Positions 46,230 to 59,760 of a stretch of 64,000 nucleotides of DNA are shown in pieces (position 1 is the first letter of the stretch; each line of letters opens with the position of its first letter). This stretch comes from Eutreptiella sp. 'Long Island Sound 2002' (taxonomy: Eukaryota; Protista; Euglenida), in contig OZ038379.1 of assembly GCA_964036045.1 (NCBI GenBank), positions 72,664,001 through 72,728,000 of the forward strand. Reading direction: 5' to 3'. The notes under the pieces are model-generated. The model was not told the DNA's origin, searched no databases, and saw only the letters and a list, made by a program, of their open reading frames with translations. A program made the position numbers and the translations under genes.

Positions 46230-47322
46230 AGGGCACGTATAACAGGCAAAATGACCTCCTTGACTGAGTCAACTTGCACCTGCATGCCATTTAAATCAGA
46301 TACACATTACGCACGTACAGTACAGCGCAACTGTAAGCACTTAGCGCCTAAGCGGTCTCTGCTTTCTTGCGCCCTGCCGAATGTCCCACTTTGGCTGGCA
46401 CATGTCTTTCGGGAGCGCAAGGAGGGCCTTGGCAGCTTGCTGCTGGTGCACTTGTTTGCCGCCACGTTTACTAAGCTGTCGTGGGGGGCAGCGGCTGGCC
46501 TCTGACAACCTTTGTGTCTCACCCACAGCCACAGCGCCATCAGCGGTGGCGCAGTGCGCCCTGGCATGCACATTCCTTGGGGTGCGGGCCTTTGTCACAG
46601 CTGGCTTTGCTTTAGCGCCTTGATCAGCGCCATACTGCCTCTACTTGAGCAAAGTAGCACCTTGTGCGCCTTTGCAAGCATTATTCGTAGAGTACTTGCG
46701 TAACGCAGCAACCTTGGTGCCTTCCGTAGCACCATTACGAGGTTCTCCTTGCAGCGCAACTACTTGCGCGCTTTCAGCAGCGCCACTCTGAGTGTCTCTC
46801 GTCGCGCAACAGCCACGCTTGAGCCAGAGGCCTCTTGTAGAAGCCGTCAACCTTGCTGTGCAGCTCACGTTGCAAATCTACGGGGATCTCCAACTTCTGC
46901 ACGGCTCACGCAATAGCACTCTTGCGGGGAACAAAGAGCGAGCGGATGAAACTTGCCAACAGCAGATGGTACGCAGCGGTCTCTTCTTCCTCTAGCGCAC
47001 GCCGCATGATGCCTGGATTCTTGGTGAAGTTCACGCAGCGCCAGCCGGCAAGTTCAGTCCAGCCTGAAACCTCATTGTCCTGCGCCGGCAGATCTCCAAG
47101 CTGGACCCAACTCAATACTGCTGCTCTCCAGCCCTCCGTCTCGCTTAGCACGGCTGAACCAACAGCTGATCGCACGTTGCATTCGCAATCAACCCTACAG
47201 GGATCCGTGTTATCAGTCGGAAAACCTGAAACGTAATTTGAGTCTGATTGGTTTTCCATCGTTTGAAAATATTCCCAATCTTTCTGGATAACTGGAACTC
47301 GAATGGCACCAAACGGAACCAA
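46230..47322 (-). pseudogene. Decayed coding segment, unidentified
   Basis: A 138-aa open part (46906-47322) with helical character and further plausible frames downstream. No motif recognised. Confidence 0.25.
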
Positions 47323-47539
47323 TGAATTGTGATTGATAGTCAGCTAGTGGTTCAGTGTTCACGCTGATTCATGCCTAAACAAAAAGACATAAATACAATG
47401 CTGGAAAAACTGATAATTAAAAGTCAGCCTCATAATGCAATTTGAATCGACAAAAGATGTTCAAGCCTGTACTTGTCACCATACAATCAGGACATCTCTG
47501 GCATGCGCCTGCAGAACTGGCTAATGCTGCCAATCCTAT

Positions 47540-47710
47540 TACAGCATTGCCCTCTCTGAGAATTTTACACATACTGTGGCCTCTGCAGCTGAGCGCAACT
47601 TGAGGGTCTTTGTGTTTATCCTCTCCAAGAGCAGAGACTGTCCTTATGGTCAAAAGGTTGGAAACCTGGTCTATATCAATCACAAGATGCCCTTTTTAAG
47701 CACAATTAGG
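47540..47710 (+). pseudogene. hAT C-terminal dimerisation domain fragment
   Basis: ASAAERNLRVFVFILSKSRDCPYGQKVGNLVYINH matches the S..ERnwS.f..I..K.R..L...k...LVy..N pattern. Confidence 0.7.
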
Positions 47711-48479
47711 GCCCGGGGATTCAAAGATCCCTGTGTTCTGCCCGTTTTTGTTTTTGATGAAGAGGAGGAGGGGGAGGCGTAGAAGTACAAAGCTGTACAT
47801 GGTCGCTGCTTCTCCTGCTCTGCCACCGAAACCCTCTTGAGCTGCAGCTCGGCGTCCAACTGTGTCTTCAGTTGGGACCGGGCAGCGCAGGACATGGGCT
47901 GTTTGCCATCTCTTACCTGTCCCCAACAAAAGCCCTCCTACTGGTGTCCCTGCCACTGGTTGGGGAAAACTTCATCCCCATAGTCCCGTTCATCCAAATC
48001 ATTGTCATTGGCGCCTTGCTTGTGACTGACACTGCTTGCCTTGTGAGCAACACTGTTGGCGGCACCTTTCGAGTGGGTCGGTTGCATTTTGTTCACTCCT
48101 TGCAGGAGACCATTGTTGCCTTCTAAATTTCAGCAAGAATGGTTTGGGATGCTTGTTTCTCTACGTACAAGTGGTTACAAAGGACAGCAGGGATATACGG
48201 TGATGCGCAAAGGAGGTGCGGACAGAGCAGTGCTATTTTTATTCAACAACAGGAACAAATTTGGAACTCTGATTTTTGTGCAGTGACCCCTTAAAGAAAT
48301 ACATCGGAAAAATAAGGTTACAGTTTGTGTCATTTCGTAATACCGGCAGACTATGAGATTCTCAGAATGTCGACTCTTCCTCATTCAGAGAATCTTTTGC
48401 GGCTGGGGCAAGGGCAACAGGCGCCGGATGCTGGCCACAAAACATACGCATAGCTGTATAGTATTATTGCAATACTGTA

Positions 48480-51400
48480 TGTGCCTATATGCGTTACACA
48501 TATATATACGGCTTCTTTTCCGACCCTCGCGCAGAGGCTGCCGAGCTGGGCACCTTGTGTATGGCGCTGTGGTCAACTACTGCCTTGGGGTGTGCCCTCC
48601 TGCGCGCCACTCGCAGTGTTCGCGGCGGATTGTACAGTCCCCGTGCTGCGTGCCCTTGCCCGCTGGTGTACCATCACGTGTGGTATATGTTTTGAGCAGT
48701 CTCGGTTCTTTCGCCCGTCTGGTGCACGCAGCGTGCCTGTTGTGTGCTTTTGCGCTCTCGCTCCTGCGTTGCCCGCGCCTGCTTTGCATATTGCCTTGCC
48801 TGCGCACCTCGTGAGGTCCCCTCACAGGGCGCTGGTACGGCCGTTCCATGTGGTTCCTGCCCCTCCACATCTCCGGCTCTAGTAACTTGCTCTGTTGGTC
48901 CTGCGTCTGGGGGGGGGGGGTGTCCTGTGCTTGTGGCTCCCTTCCTGGTTCCCATCTCGCTTTCGCCCGGTGTCCTGGGTGCCGGAGCCCCTGTTGTCAG
49001 TCGCCCCTGAGCCAGACTGCGTGCCTTGGAGGCTGCCGTTGGTTCTACCAGGGGCTTGCCTGGGTCTCCCGGCGTTTGTCGTCACTTGACCCTCAGCAAG
49101 GCCGCGTCTGTCGGCGCTGCGCCTGGTTGGTCCTTTGTTTTGGGCATGTGTCCCGGGTCCCGGGGCAGCTGTCATCCGTTGCCCATCAACGAGGCTGCGT
49201 CTGTCGGGCGTTGCACCTGGTTGAACCTCAGGCTCGGGCCGTTGTGTCCCTGGTCCCAGCGCGGCTGTTGTCAGTCGCTCCTCAGCCAGTCAGACGCTGC
49301 GCGAGCTTGGACGTCGGGCCCCAACAGCTGTCTCGGGCCCTGGGGCGGCTGTTGCCAGTCACCCCTCAGCCAGGCCGCGTATGTTGGGCACTGCGCCTGG
49401 TTGCACCTCGGACCCGGCCCTGGGTCTGGGTCCCGGGGCGGCTGTTGTCAGTTGCGCCTGAGCCAGAGCGTGTCTATCAGGTGGTGTACTTTGTTGGATG
49501 TTGATTTCGCACATGTGTCCCGAGTCTTGGGACGCCTGTCATCAGTCGCCGTCCAGCAAGGATGCGTCCGTCAGGCGCTGCATCGGGTTGGGCCTCTGGC
49601 TCGCCCGGGTGTCCCTGGTCCCAGGGCGGCTGTCCTCAGTCGCCCCTCAGCCAAGCCGCGTCCTCGGGCGCTGTGCCTTGTTTGACCCTGGATCCGGCTC
49701 GGTGTAACCGGGTCTCGGGGTGGCTGTCATCAGTTGCTTCTCAACCAGGCGGCGTCTGTCGGATGCGCCCCCTGGTTGGACTTCGGGTTTTGACGCTCAT
49801 CCGGGATCCCCAGGGCGGCTGTTGTCAGTTGCGAGTCAGCCAGCGTGTGGCGCTGCGGGTGGTTGGACCCTGGATTCGGCCGGCTGTCCCGGGTCCCGGG
49901 TGAGCTGTCATCAGTTGTTCCTCAGCCAGGCCGCTTCCGTCGAGCGCTGCACCTGGTTGGACCTCAGTTTAGGCTGGGTGTCCCAGGACCTTGGACGGCT
50001 CTCGTCAGTCGCCCCTCAGCAAGGCCGCGTCCGTCGGGCACTGCGCCTGGTTGGACCCTGGGCTCCTGCAGGTGCCCCGGGACCCTGGACGGCGGTCCTT
50101 AGCAGGCGCTCAGCCAGGCTGCTTCCGTTGGGCGCTGTGCCTGGTTGGACCCGTTCCCGTTCTTGGGTGCAGCTCGCATTTCCTGGGTTTGCGGCAGCGG
50201 GCGGCCGTGTTGCTAGGAACATTGGTTTGTGCCGTGGTTGTTACAGGCTGTGTTCCTGTCTGGTGCGCCTCATTCTCCCGCGTTTGTGGTCCTTGAATCG
50301 TGCAGTCGGGTGGCTCTCGGTGCGCCAGTCGGTTTTTTCGTCGCCGTTCTACCTTCCCCTATCGGGTGCTTTGAGCTTCAAGTTTTACTGGCGGATGCTG
50401 GCCGAGCGACAGACTCATGGAGCCTGCCGCTGGCGCCGGCCAGGGCAGGGGTGTTGGGCTTGCTCTGCATTGCACCTGCCAGGAGCCAAGATGTGTTGCT
50501 GCTCCTGGCGGGTTCCTCCGGCGTTGGTCTCATGGTGTTTGCAGTGCGGTGCTTTGTTGCGTGTGGACCCGGTCATGTGTCTGCTTTCTTGTATTGTCCC
50601 TCTTCTGACAGTGTTCTAGGCCGATTCACCAGGGGTGTTTCGTGTGGACGCCAGCACCTCCCCCTTTGGGTCAGAGGACACCACGCCTCGGTCTCGTGCA
50701 TATGTTTGCTTTTCCTAGCAGGGTCGGGTTGGCCGGCTTCCCAGGCGTTTTTTCGTTTGTCTCAGCATTTTTTCGCCCATGAGCGTGGAGCTCGTTGTTT
50801 GTTCCGCTGCCTCCGGGCTGGGGTTGTCCTCGTGTTGTAGGTGAGGCTGGGTGTTTTGTCTTGCCTTCCTCTGCGGTTTTGTGCCCCGGTTGGCTTTAGT
50901 TTGTTGCCGGTTCCGCCCCGGATGCTTTGAGACTTGGTGCGGCCTTGCTTTTGTTGTTTCTGTTTCTTTCCACGCCCCTCTCTCGCTGCCGTTTTTTTTT
51001 GTTTCGGCCCTGATACCTTGGGCCTGCGCGCTGGGCGTGGTTTTGTGTGCTGCCTTTTATCTGCCCCTCCTTCTGGTTGTTCTGCCCCCCTCCCGTCCCC
51101 GGCACTGTGGTAGCTCCCGCCGGCGCATTTGTTGTGTCCCCTTATGTGGTGTGCAGCCTTGTGTTCTGTATTCTGCTGTGTTGTGCGGGCTGGGGTGTCC
51201 ACATTGAGCCTTGCCTTGTTGTACCTGTGGATGCACATCGCGGCTTCTGGTGCTGCAGGCTGCCCTCCATTGCGCTCTCCCTGTTCAGCTGTTGTACCCC
51301 CTCCCAATCAGTGTCGGCGGCTGCCCTTGCCGCTGTCCCCTCTCCCGTTTCCTGTTGTGTTGTGCTCTAATTTGTTGTGCATCCCGCCTGCTGTTGCTCT

Positions 51401-53820
51401 ACGTTGCGGTGGTGCGGCGCAGTGTGCTGTGCTGCCTTGTGTTGTTGTGTGCTGAGCTGTCTTCTGAGTTTTCTGTTTCTGGCACATTGTTGTGTTGCCT
51501 GCTGGTGGTGCCCCCAACCTCTCTTTTTCCTCTGCTTTCTGCCACTGGTTGCACTGTGCGGTGGCCCGTTTTCATGTGTGTTATGCGCTGTCCCCCTCCA
51601 ACTGGCTGTTGCTCCTGGCGTTGTGTGCTGTCTCGGGGCTTGTAGTGATGCTGTGGTGTGTTGGCTGTTTCGCGTTGTGGGTTACACAGTGCTCTGCTGT
51701 GCTGTGGTGGCGTGCCCGAGCCCGGCTGTCTGGTGCAATGTTCTGCTATGCTGTTTCTTTCGTCCAGTGCTGTCTTCGTTGGTGCCCTGCAGTGCCGTGG
51801 TGCACTGTGCTGTTTCATGCGGTGTAGTGTCGTGTTGGCGTGTGTCGCGTCTGGTGCTGTGCTGCGCTGGGCTGGCCTCCTTTTGTCTTGTTGTCCAGCG
51901 CGGTCCTGTGCAACGTCTTGCTGTCCTGTTTGCATTATGCCGTGGTGCTGTGCACTTCTGTGTGCTTTGCTGTGTTTCTGGGCGCTGTGAGGTGCTTTGA
52001 TGTGCTGTGCCATTTGTCCTTGGCACTGTGCCTTCGTTGGTTGCGCTGCTTGCTTCGTAGTGAGGCGCCGCGTGTTGTTGTGTACTGTGCTGCTTCTGTT
52101 GGTGCCGTTAGGTACTGTGCTGGCCTATGCTGTGCGGTGCAGAGTCATGTTGTGCGGCGCCATGCTGTGGCAGATTGCTGTGCGTTATTTTGCCTTGCCC
52201 TGTCATTTGCTGTTAAGCGTTGTGTTTACACCTCCCCTGTTTCTATCTGTGGATGCATGTCGTGGCTTCTGGTGCTGCAAGTTGATTTTCATTGTGCTCT
52301 CCGTGTTGGGCCGTTGTGCCCCCTCCCCCTCTCAATGGTGGCTGCCCTTGCCGCTGTCCCATCTCCGGTTCCCTGTTGGGATGCGCTCCAAATGTGTGTA
52401 CATCCCGCCTGGTGTTGCTCTGCGTTGCAACACCGCGCTTGCTTTTGGCTATGTGGCGCGCTGCTGCAGCGCGTTGTGCTGCGCTGCCTTGTGTCGTTGC
52501 GTGCTGAGCTGTCTTTTTGGTGCTGTGTTGCTTGTGTGATGTGGCGTTGCGTGCTGCAGGTGCCTGAACCTCCTGTTTTTCCTGGTGTAGTGCGCCCTTT
52601 TGCCACGGCTTGGGTTTTTCCGTGGCCCGTCTTGCGGTCTGTGATGCGCTGTGCCCCCCCCCGTCCCCCCCCTGGCTGATTTTCGTTGCATTGTGTGCTC
52701 TCCTGTGGGTCGTGGTGATGCCGTGGTCTGTTGTGTTGGCTGCTTAGCATCGTGCGTGATGCAGTGCTGTGCTGTGCTGTGCTGGTGTGCCTCTTGCAAA
52801 CTGTTTGGGGCGATGTTGCACTGTGCTGTTTAGTTCGTCGCTTCTTTTTTCGTTTGTGCTGCGCAGTGCTGTGGTGCGCTATGCTGTTTGGTGCAGTGTG
52901 GTGTCGTGTTGCCGTGTGTTGTGAACGGTGCTGTGCTGCGCTGGGCTGGCCTCCTTGTGTCTTGTTGTTCAGCGCAGTGCTGTGCCGCATCTTGCTCTGC
53001 TGTCCCAGTGGTCCGGTTGTGCTGTGCGTTTTGGTGTGCTGTGCTTTTTTTCTCGGGCGCTCTGTGGTGTTGTGGTGTGCTCTGTCATTTGCCCCTGGCG
53101 CTGTGCCTTGGTTTCTTGCGCTGCTTGCTTCGTAAGGAGGCGCTGTGCGTTGTTCTGTAATGTGCTGCTTCTGTCGGTGCCGTCTGGCATTGTGCTGGCC
53201 TATGCTGTCCGGTGCAGAGTGGTGTTGTGCCATGTGTTGCTGTGGCAGTTCGCTGTGTGTTGTTTTGCCTTGCGCTGTGGTGTCCGGTTGTGTGCTGTGC
53301 TGCTTGGTGCGGGCTGTGGTGCTGGTGCACTGTGAACCCCTCTCTTCTTCCTGTGTTTTTGAAGGTATTTTGCCTGCTTTCTGTTGCGCTGCGCTGATTC
53401 GTCCCTTGTGTCGCGCCGTTCTGCGGGGTGCTGTGCGTTGCCACCCCGTGCTGTTTGTGTTGTGTCACGTTATGGTGGTTTCTGCTGGTGTCTGCTGCTC
53501 GGTGTGGCTCCCTATGGCTAAGTGCCTTGCTGTTCCTTGGTTGCTGTGTTGGGGTTGCTGCTTGTGCTTTTGGCCCCTGTTCTTCACCTGCATTTTCGGT
53601 GCCGTGTCCCTGCTCTGTGGTTGTGGTCCCTGTGTGTTGCGTTGTGATGCTTTTTGGATTTCTGTTGTCTGGTTCCGGGGTCCGCTGTTGCCGCGTGGTC
53701 GTTCTCTGGCTTCGTGCTGTGAGCTGGGCGGTGCTGTGGGCTTTTCTCTGCAATTCCTTCCTTCTGTACTCTGCCAATCACGACGCCGTTTCCTCATTTC
53801 ACTCCCAAGGCACTGCTGCA
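48480..53820 (-). repeat. Composite repeat copy F
   Basis: VNTR, then core (50190-50600), then T/TG-rich body containing a diverged internal duplication (~51100-52200 vs ~52200-53400). Confidence 0.7.
48960..50160. repeat. ~90-bp minisatellite, ~13 copies
   Basis: GCTGT..TCAGTCGCCCCTCAGCCAGGCCGCGTC recurs about every 85-95 bp. Confidence 0.85.
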
Positions 53821-54310
53821 CACTAATTTGAATGCACTATTGTCTGATGAGGCCCAAGTAGATACATCTCAACCACAGCCAGAAAGGTAAAGAGCTGTAG
53901 AGGGAGGAATGGTATTCTACCCACAGGGGAAACACAAGCGCATGCTCAAAGACGGGCAAGAGTCCAACAACGGAAATCTCGGGCTTGGCGGCCAGTGGCC
54001 CCTAACAAGCACGTGGAGGGCCCGTGGCTTAGATTAATACAACCCCAAGTGACCGACAGACAAGTAACCGACCACAACAGGAGCATGCCAGATGAACTGA
54101 CATAGGAGTCTGACAACAGTCGGACCAGGTCAAATGGTCGATGCAGCCATTGCAGGGACCAAACGTTGCCACATGGCAATTGAGCAGTGACAAGACACTG
54201 CCCCGCTGCGCCCATTTGGCAACCGCTGCATCATAGAGGAAATGGGGTACGGTGCAGCGCAGCATGCTTGATTGTACAATCAAGGTAGGGTCAGTGCAGT
54301 GTAGCGCCCA
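53815..54310. repeat. Diverged dispersed repeat (partner at 28890-29380)
   Basis: Same ordered shared blocks as the partner. Confidence 0.75.
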
Positions 54311-55084
54311 AAAGAGATATCTGAACGATGAGGCAACATGGTCTGTAGCACCGGCTGTTGCCATTGTGCGGGCTTCACCGCCCATTCCCGTCTTCCCTGG
54401 CTTCTTGCCCCTTCCCCTCATTGTTCTTAATCTCACCAATGCCTCCATGAATAGCAAAATCCAAAATCCGAAATTTCTGCAAGCACCTAGGGCCTTAGCC
54501 CCTAGAAATGTTGCAGAGCGGAAGAACTTATTGTCAACTGGTTCACGGATTTTTTGAGGTCTTCATTATGCATAAAAAGACAATAATTGAAAACAACACC
54601 CCCATTTGGCATCCATTTGGTCGGGCTGGCAAGCAGAACATCCCTAGAAGTTAGCACAAGATGGATACATTGATTGTCAAGTGGTTTGCATCATCTGGCG
54701 TCATTTCTATGTATACAGAATTATTTGGAAACAAAGATTCTTTCGCCCCCTTCACACCCCCATTTCGGGGCCATTCTGGTTGGGCTGGCAGACAGAACCT
54801 GCCTAGCAGGCAGTTTGGGAGCACCTTGGGTTAATTGGTATTGGACAAATCGCAATTCTAATGTTGCACCCCCGCTATTTTGGGTATCCCTTACCTGAAA
54901 CATTACACAAAAACTGAGTTACAAAAATTAGGGGCTCCGTGGGCAGGCTTTTGCAGCCAGAATCACATCGGTTACTCAGCAGTGAACGGGCTCAGAAAAA
55001 ATCACAAATTACGCATTTTTTGTCATGCAGCTCGCACAAACCACCACGTTTTGTTCATTGCACTGCACCCTTGCCCCAAGTGCC

Positions 55085-55520
55085 TTTCCATAAATGAATC
55101 AGCTTTTTCTGCGCGGGTACATCCTTGGCTCCCTTAGGCAGAAAGGTCTGGTTGATCATTGTTGCACAGCCCTACCCAGCCCTTCATCGGTTGCAACTTC
55201 GCAAAAAAAGGTAAAACAGAAAAGCAAATAACAGCACAAAAACAGCCTGAAGTTCCCTGCACGTTTGTTAATATCACCCTTGACCACCCTGCCAGTATCT
55301 GCCCCACTTGCAGGAGGCCTACCAGCCTACGGTACGTTGGCATGAATAAGTCAGCTTTTTCTGCGCAGGTACATCGGTGGCTCCCCGCGACAGAAAGTTC
55401 GTTTGATCATTGTTACACTGCCCTAATCAGCCCTGCAACCATCAAGAACTAGGACAAAAAGTCAAAAGCAGAAACACAGGTCACAAAGCCCTGAAAACAC
55501 CTGCAATTTGGCAAACATTA
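55085..55520. repeat. Diverged ~255-bp tandem duplication
   Basis: TCAGCTTTTTCTGCGC.GGTACATC and TTGATCATTGTT occur twice. Confidence 0.75.
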
Positions 55521-55734
55521 CACCGCTGCAGCCTGCTACAACCTGGCACACGTTCATTCGCTGGACACTGATTTCTGGTTAACTTCTTAATGCAGGCAGC
55601 TCAGGGGCTGAGCGCAAGAAAAATTAATTAATTAAAGCAACAGAGCAAAAAAGGGATTTGGAATGGAAAGGGCATGCATCAATCAAAAACCATCACGCAG
55701 GAACACCAACACAGGCAAGGCAAACCAGAATAAC

Positions 55735-55912
55735 CTTTCTAAAATCATCCTACAAAACGTTCGTGCATTCGAATCCAAGGAACCACTAATGGTAATGAAA
55801 GCAAAGGACAATGGCAACATGCAAAAACAAATCATTTCGAGCGGAATGGCACGTGCAAAGCTATCATAAGAATAATTGCGAAGCCCCACACAAAGATCTG
55901 AGCATTTGGTTC
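55735..55912. repeat. Dispersed repeat (partner at 63838-64000)
   Basis: AATCCAAGGA.CCAC.AATGGTAATGAAAGCAAA...GCTATCATAAGAATAATTGCGAAGCCCCAC shared. Confidence 0.9.
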
Positions 55913-56290
55913 TCTCAATAGGTTCAGGATCGCAGAAAGTGCATAATGAATACAGAGCTCAGGCATCTGCACTTCCAGATATATAATAATGCAAACACAG
56001 CAATAACCTTAATAACATGGAACGTCAGAGTCAAAAAAAAATCTAAATCAAAAATTGGTCGAGCAAGCTGAACGCAAGAGCGATACAATTATTTCAATGC
56101 ATGAATTGCAGTGTTCATTTTACCTCAGCAGGTTCTAAACTCAATCAAGGCATGATTTAAAATGGGAAAGCGGAGAGACAACACATGAACCACAACAGGT
56201 TTCCCAATTCCAAAAGCAAGGAATAATACCATACTCTACAATGTGCGTGCAAGCTGAACAGTCACCAGACGCAAGTGGAGACACAGGGCA

Positions 56291-56666
56291 TTACTTGAAG
56301 ATGGTGTGTGGCTTCATGTGGGACAACCGCTGCTGCAGGAGAAGCTGAGCATTTCGGACATTAGAAAGTCCCAATCTGTTGAGGAAACTGGACTGCTGCT
56401 GCTGCTGCCCATGCCATCCAGAGACCGTTGACAGAAAAATTGGAGGAACCGGTAACTGCTGCGGGCGGATGGTGTCCCAACCCTGCAAGTACTTGTGCCA
56501 GCCCGTTAACATCAGAGGTAGACATCTGTTGCTGCTGCTGTTGCCCAAGCAAAAGTTGTGGCAATGATGAACCAGATGGCTGCTGCTGCAGTGGCTGCAT
56601 TTGCTGCTGCCCAAGGAAATGTGCCAAAGGCGAACACATGGCGTGCCGAGACCCATGCCAAGTCAT
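56291..56666 (-). CDS. Gln/Ala-rich coding-like fragment
   Basis: QQQ..QQQQQQ and AAAAA tracts, followed in frame after one stop by CPKC...H..HH. Confidence 0.25.
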
Positions 56667-57232
56667 TGTAAGACATCCACGACTTCATGCCATCCGTTGT
56701 GCGCCTTGCCAATGAAAATGAACCTGAAAAGAGGCACAATTCTTAACTAGCTTTGCAAACACGCACGTTCTTACAAATATTCCATAGAGCCACATGGCCA
56801 TGGCCCATGGACCCGTAGTTTCATCATCAATGGTGAACCCAGACTGATGCTCAGACCTCAAGCACAAAATATCGACCCTCTCACCCAACGTAATGATGTT
56901 CAAACACTTCCATGGCACTTGAGACAATCCAAAGCTCAATTCCAACATAACAAAAAGGGCTCAAATGTTCAGATGCGTAGCATTAAGAGCTCAACTATTG
57001 GCACTGGAGCCCTACCTTTGTTATTGCTGGTGTACCGAGACCGAGGTCAAGTCATTATAAGACATCCACGACTTTTTGAAACCCGTTGCGAGGCAAAATT
57101 ACCCTAAAACTGCGTTTTTCTTTAAGGAATCAGAACAAATGGGGCAATGTCATTAAATGTATATGTGAAGGTGCCTAATCCTAAGTTTCATATCCCTTGG
57201 TATGGGTGTTAGAAAAACTTTGAGCAAGATAG

Positions 57233-58200
57233 GGTAGGTAGGTAGGTGCATCCGGTCGTGGAGAGGCGCCTGATGGTTCCCGCTGGCGTCGCCGCTGTGA
57301 GGGACAGCAAGAGGCCCTGCACATGAAGAGGGGAGGCGGCTTACATCCCGCTGACTGGTGCAACAAAGCGGCCCTCAGCAGCACCGGGAGGGCTGATCGC
57401 CGCCAGCGTGACGTACTTGTTACGCCGGGAGGGTGTGCCCCCGTGCTTGCGCACGTCCCCTCCTTTGAGTCGAACCCTAGGTGTTCATTGGACTTCCTGG
57501 CGTAATCCGTTCCAAAGGCATGCCAGCGGCGTGTTCTTGGTAGTTGGGTTCCGAGGTGCTTGGGTGTCGCACGCTCCGCCTCCAGTCCCAAATAAGGTTC
57601 GGAAATGGATTTCATGCGAAAACAACCGATTGTTTTTAATTATTTCTTTGAAAATAACCAATTATTTCGATTATATGACATAAAAGTAATCCGTCATTTT
57701 CGATTGTTGTTTCCGCAAATTGCAATTATTGCCCAAAAGCCGTGTATGTTTACCTAAAGGATGGTAAACAGGAACATAGAGGTGAAAAACATGCTAAACC
57801 TTTGACTTTTATCCGGAACTGCCTTTGATTTTGCAAAATCCTCTGGCTTTTGATAAGAAACATTTCATGGTGTATCAACGAAATATTTCTTTTTCATACA
57901 TAACTTTTCCGATTAATTGTTTTATACCAGTTTTCAAAACAATCAGTTCTACCGATTATTTGTCACATTAGATCCAATTAATCCAATTAATCCGATGATC
58001 CGATTAATTGGTAAAACCGATTCCGAACCTTAGTCACAAAGCAGCGCAGGCCTTAGGATGCAGCCGTACCCCCGGTCTCCAGACCTCCTTTGGCCGGATC
58101 ACCTGCAATGCACGGGCTGCCTCAGTGTCCGGGCTATGGACAATGGGTTTCCTACTGTTGCGAGGCGCGCGTGCTTCGGTTTGAGTTTCGCGGTAACCCC
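57233..58200 (-). mobile_element. 3' end of a (TACC)n-tailed retroelement, interrupted by a MITE
   Basis: (GGTA)n at 57233-57247. Excising the MITE joins HPKACAAL to GLEAERATPKHLG in frame (weak RT domain 6-7 resemblance). Confidence 0.6.
57593..58032. mobile_element. 440-bp AT-rich hAT-type MITE
   Basis: TIR TAAGGTTCGGAA / TTCCGAACCTTA (12 bp perfect, 14/16 extended). 8-bp TSD GTCCCAAA (57585-57592) vs GTCACAAA (58033-58040). Confidence 0.88.
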
Positions 58201-59760
58201 GCCATTCCTGGCTTGGGTCTACGGTGTGCTTGTTTTGGTACGGGTTTGGAATTCGCCCCGCCAATCCTGGCAGGGGTGTTGGGGTGTGTGTGTGTTGGTG
58301 TGCGGGCTCCCCCTATGCCCCGCTAATCCTGGCTGTGGTTCGTGGTGCGTCTGTGTTGGTTCGGGCTTTTGATGTCACCCTGCAAATCCTGGCTGGGGTG
58401 TTGGGCCGTGCATTTTTGTGTGCGCCCTCGGCCTGTACCCTGCCATTTCCGTCTCGGGTGTGCGGTGTGGGTGTGTGTGTTTGCGTGGGCGCTCCGCCTC
58501 TGCCCCGCGAATCCTGGCTGGGGTTCGTGGTGCGTGTGTCTGGGCTTGGGTTTTTGCTTTCAGCCCGCCAATCCTGGCCGGGGTGTTGGGGTGTGTGTCT
58601 TTGTGTGTGCGCTCTGCCTGTACCTCGCCTTTCTTGAGTGGTGTGTGCGGTGTGGGTGTGTGTGCTTTGGTCCGAGTTTCGGTTGCACCCCGCCATTCCT
58701 GGGTGGAGTGTTTCGGTGTGTGTATGGGTGCGCGCCCCCCGCCTCTACCCCGCCAATCCTGGCTGGGGTTGTTGTTGCGTGTGCGTTGGTTCGGGTTATG
58801 GCTTTCACACCGCCAATCCTGGCTGGGGTTTGGGGCGTGTGTGTTTGTGTGCGCGCTCCGCCTGTACCCTGCCTTTCCTGGCTCCAGTGTGCGGTGTGGC
58901 TGTGTGTGCTTTGATTGGAGTTTCGGCTGTACCCCGCCATTCCTGGCTCACATGCTTGGTTGTGTGTTTTGTGGTGTGCGCTCCGCCTGTACCCCGTCAA
59001 TCCTGGCTGGCTTGTGCATGGTGGGTGTGTGTTCTTGGGCTCAGGTTTCGGCTGCGCCCCGCCATTCCTTGCTGGGGTGTTCGGGTGTGTGTCTGTGTGT
59101 GCGCGCTCCGCCTGTATCCCGCCAATCCTGGCTAGGGTGTGCGTTGTGGGTGTGTGTTCTTGCGCTCGGCTTCGGGCTGCGCCCCGCCATTCCTGGCTCG
59201 GGTGTTGGGTTGTGTGTTTTTGTGTGTGCGCTCCGCCTGTAGCCCGCCAATCCTGGCTGGGGTGTGCGGTGTGGGTGTGTGTGCTTGGGCTCAGGCTGCG
59301 GCTGCGCCCTGCCAATCCTGGCTGGGGTGTTGGGTTGTGTGTTTTGGTGTGTGCGCTCCGCCTGTACCCCGCCAATCCTGGCTTTGGTGTGCGGTGTAGG
59401 TGTGTGTGCTTCAGCTCGGATTTCGGCTGCGCTCCGTCATCCCTGGCTCGGGTGTTGGGGTGTGTGTGTTTGTGTGCTCGCTCCGCAATTACCTTGCCAA
59501 TACTGGCCGGGCTTTGCGGTGTTGGTGTGTGTGTTTGGGCTCTGGTTTCGGCTGCGCCCTGCTATTTCCGGCCCGGGTGTTGGGTTGTGTGCTTCGGTGT
59601 GTGCGCTCCGCCTGTACCCCGTCCATCCTTGACGGGTTGTGTGGTGTGGGTGTTTGTTCTTTGGCTCGGATATCGGCTGCGCCCCTCCATTCCTGGCTCG
59701 GGTGTCGGGTAGTGTGTGTCGGTGTGCGCACTCCACCTCTACCCCGCCGTTCCTCGCTGG
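58199..59760. repeat. 125-bp higher-order minisatellite (alternating 60- and 65-bp monomers)
   Basis: CCGCCA(A/T)TCCT starts at 59059, 59119, 59184 and 59244. Confidence 0.92.
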
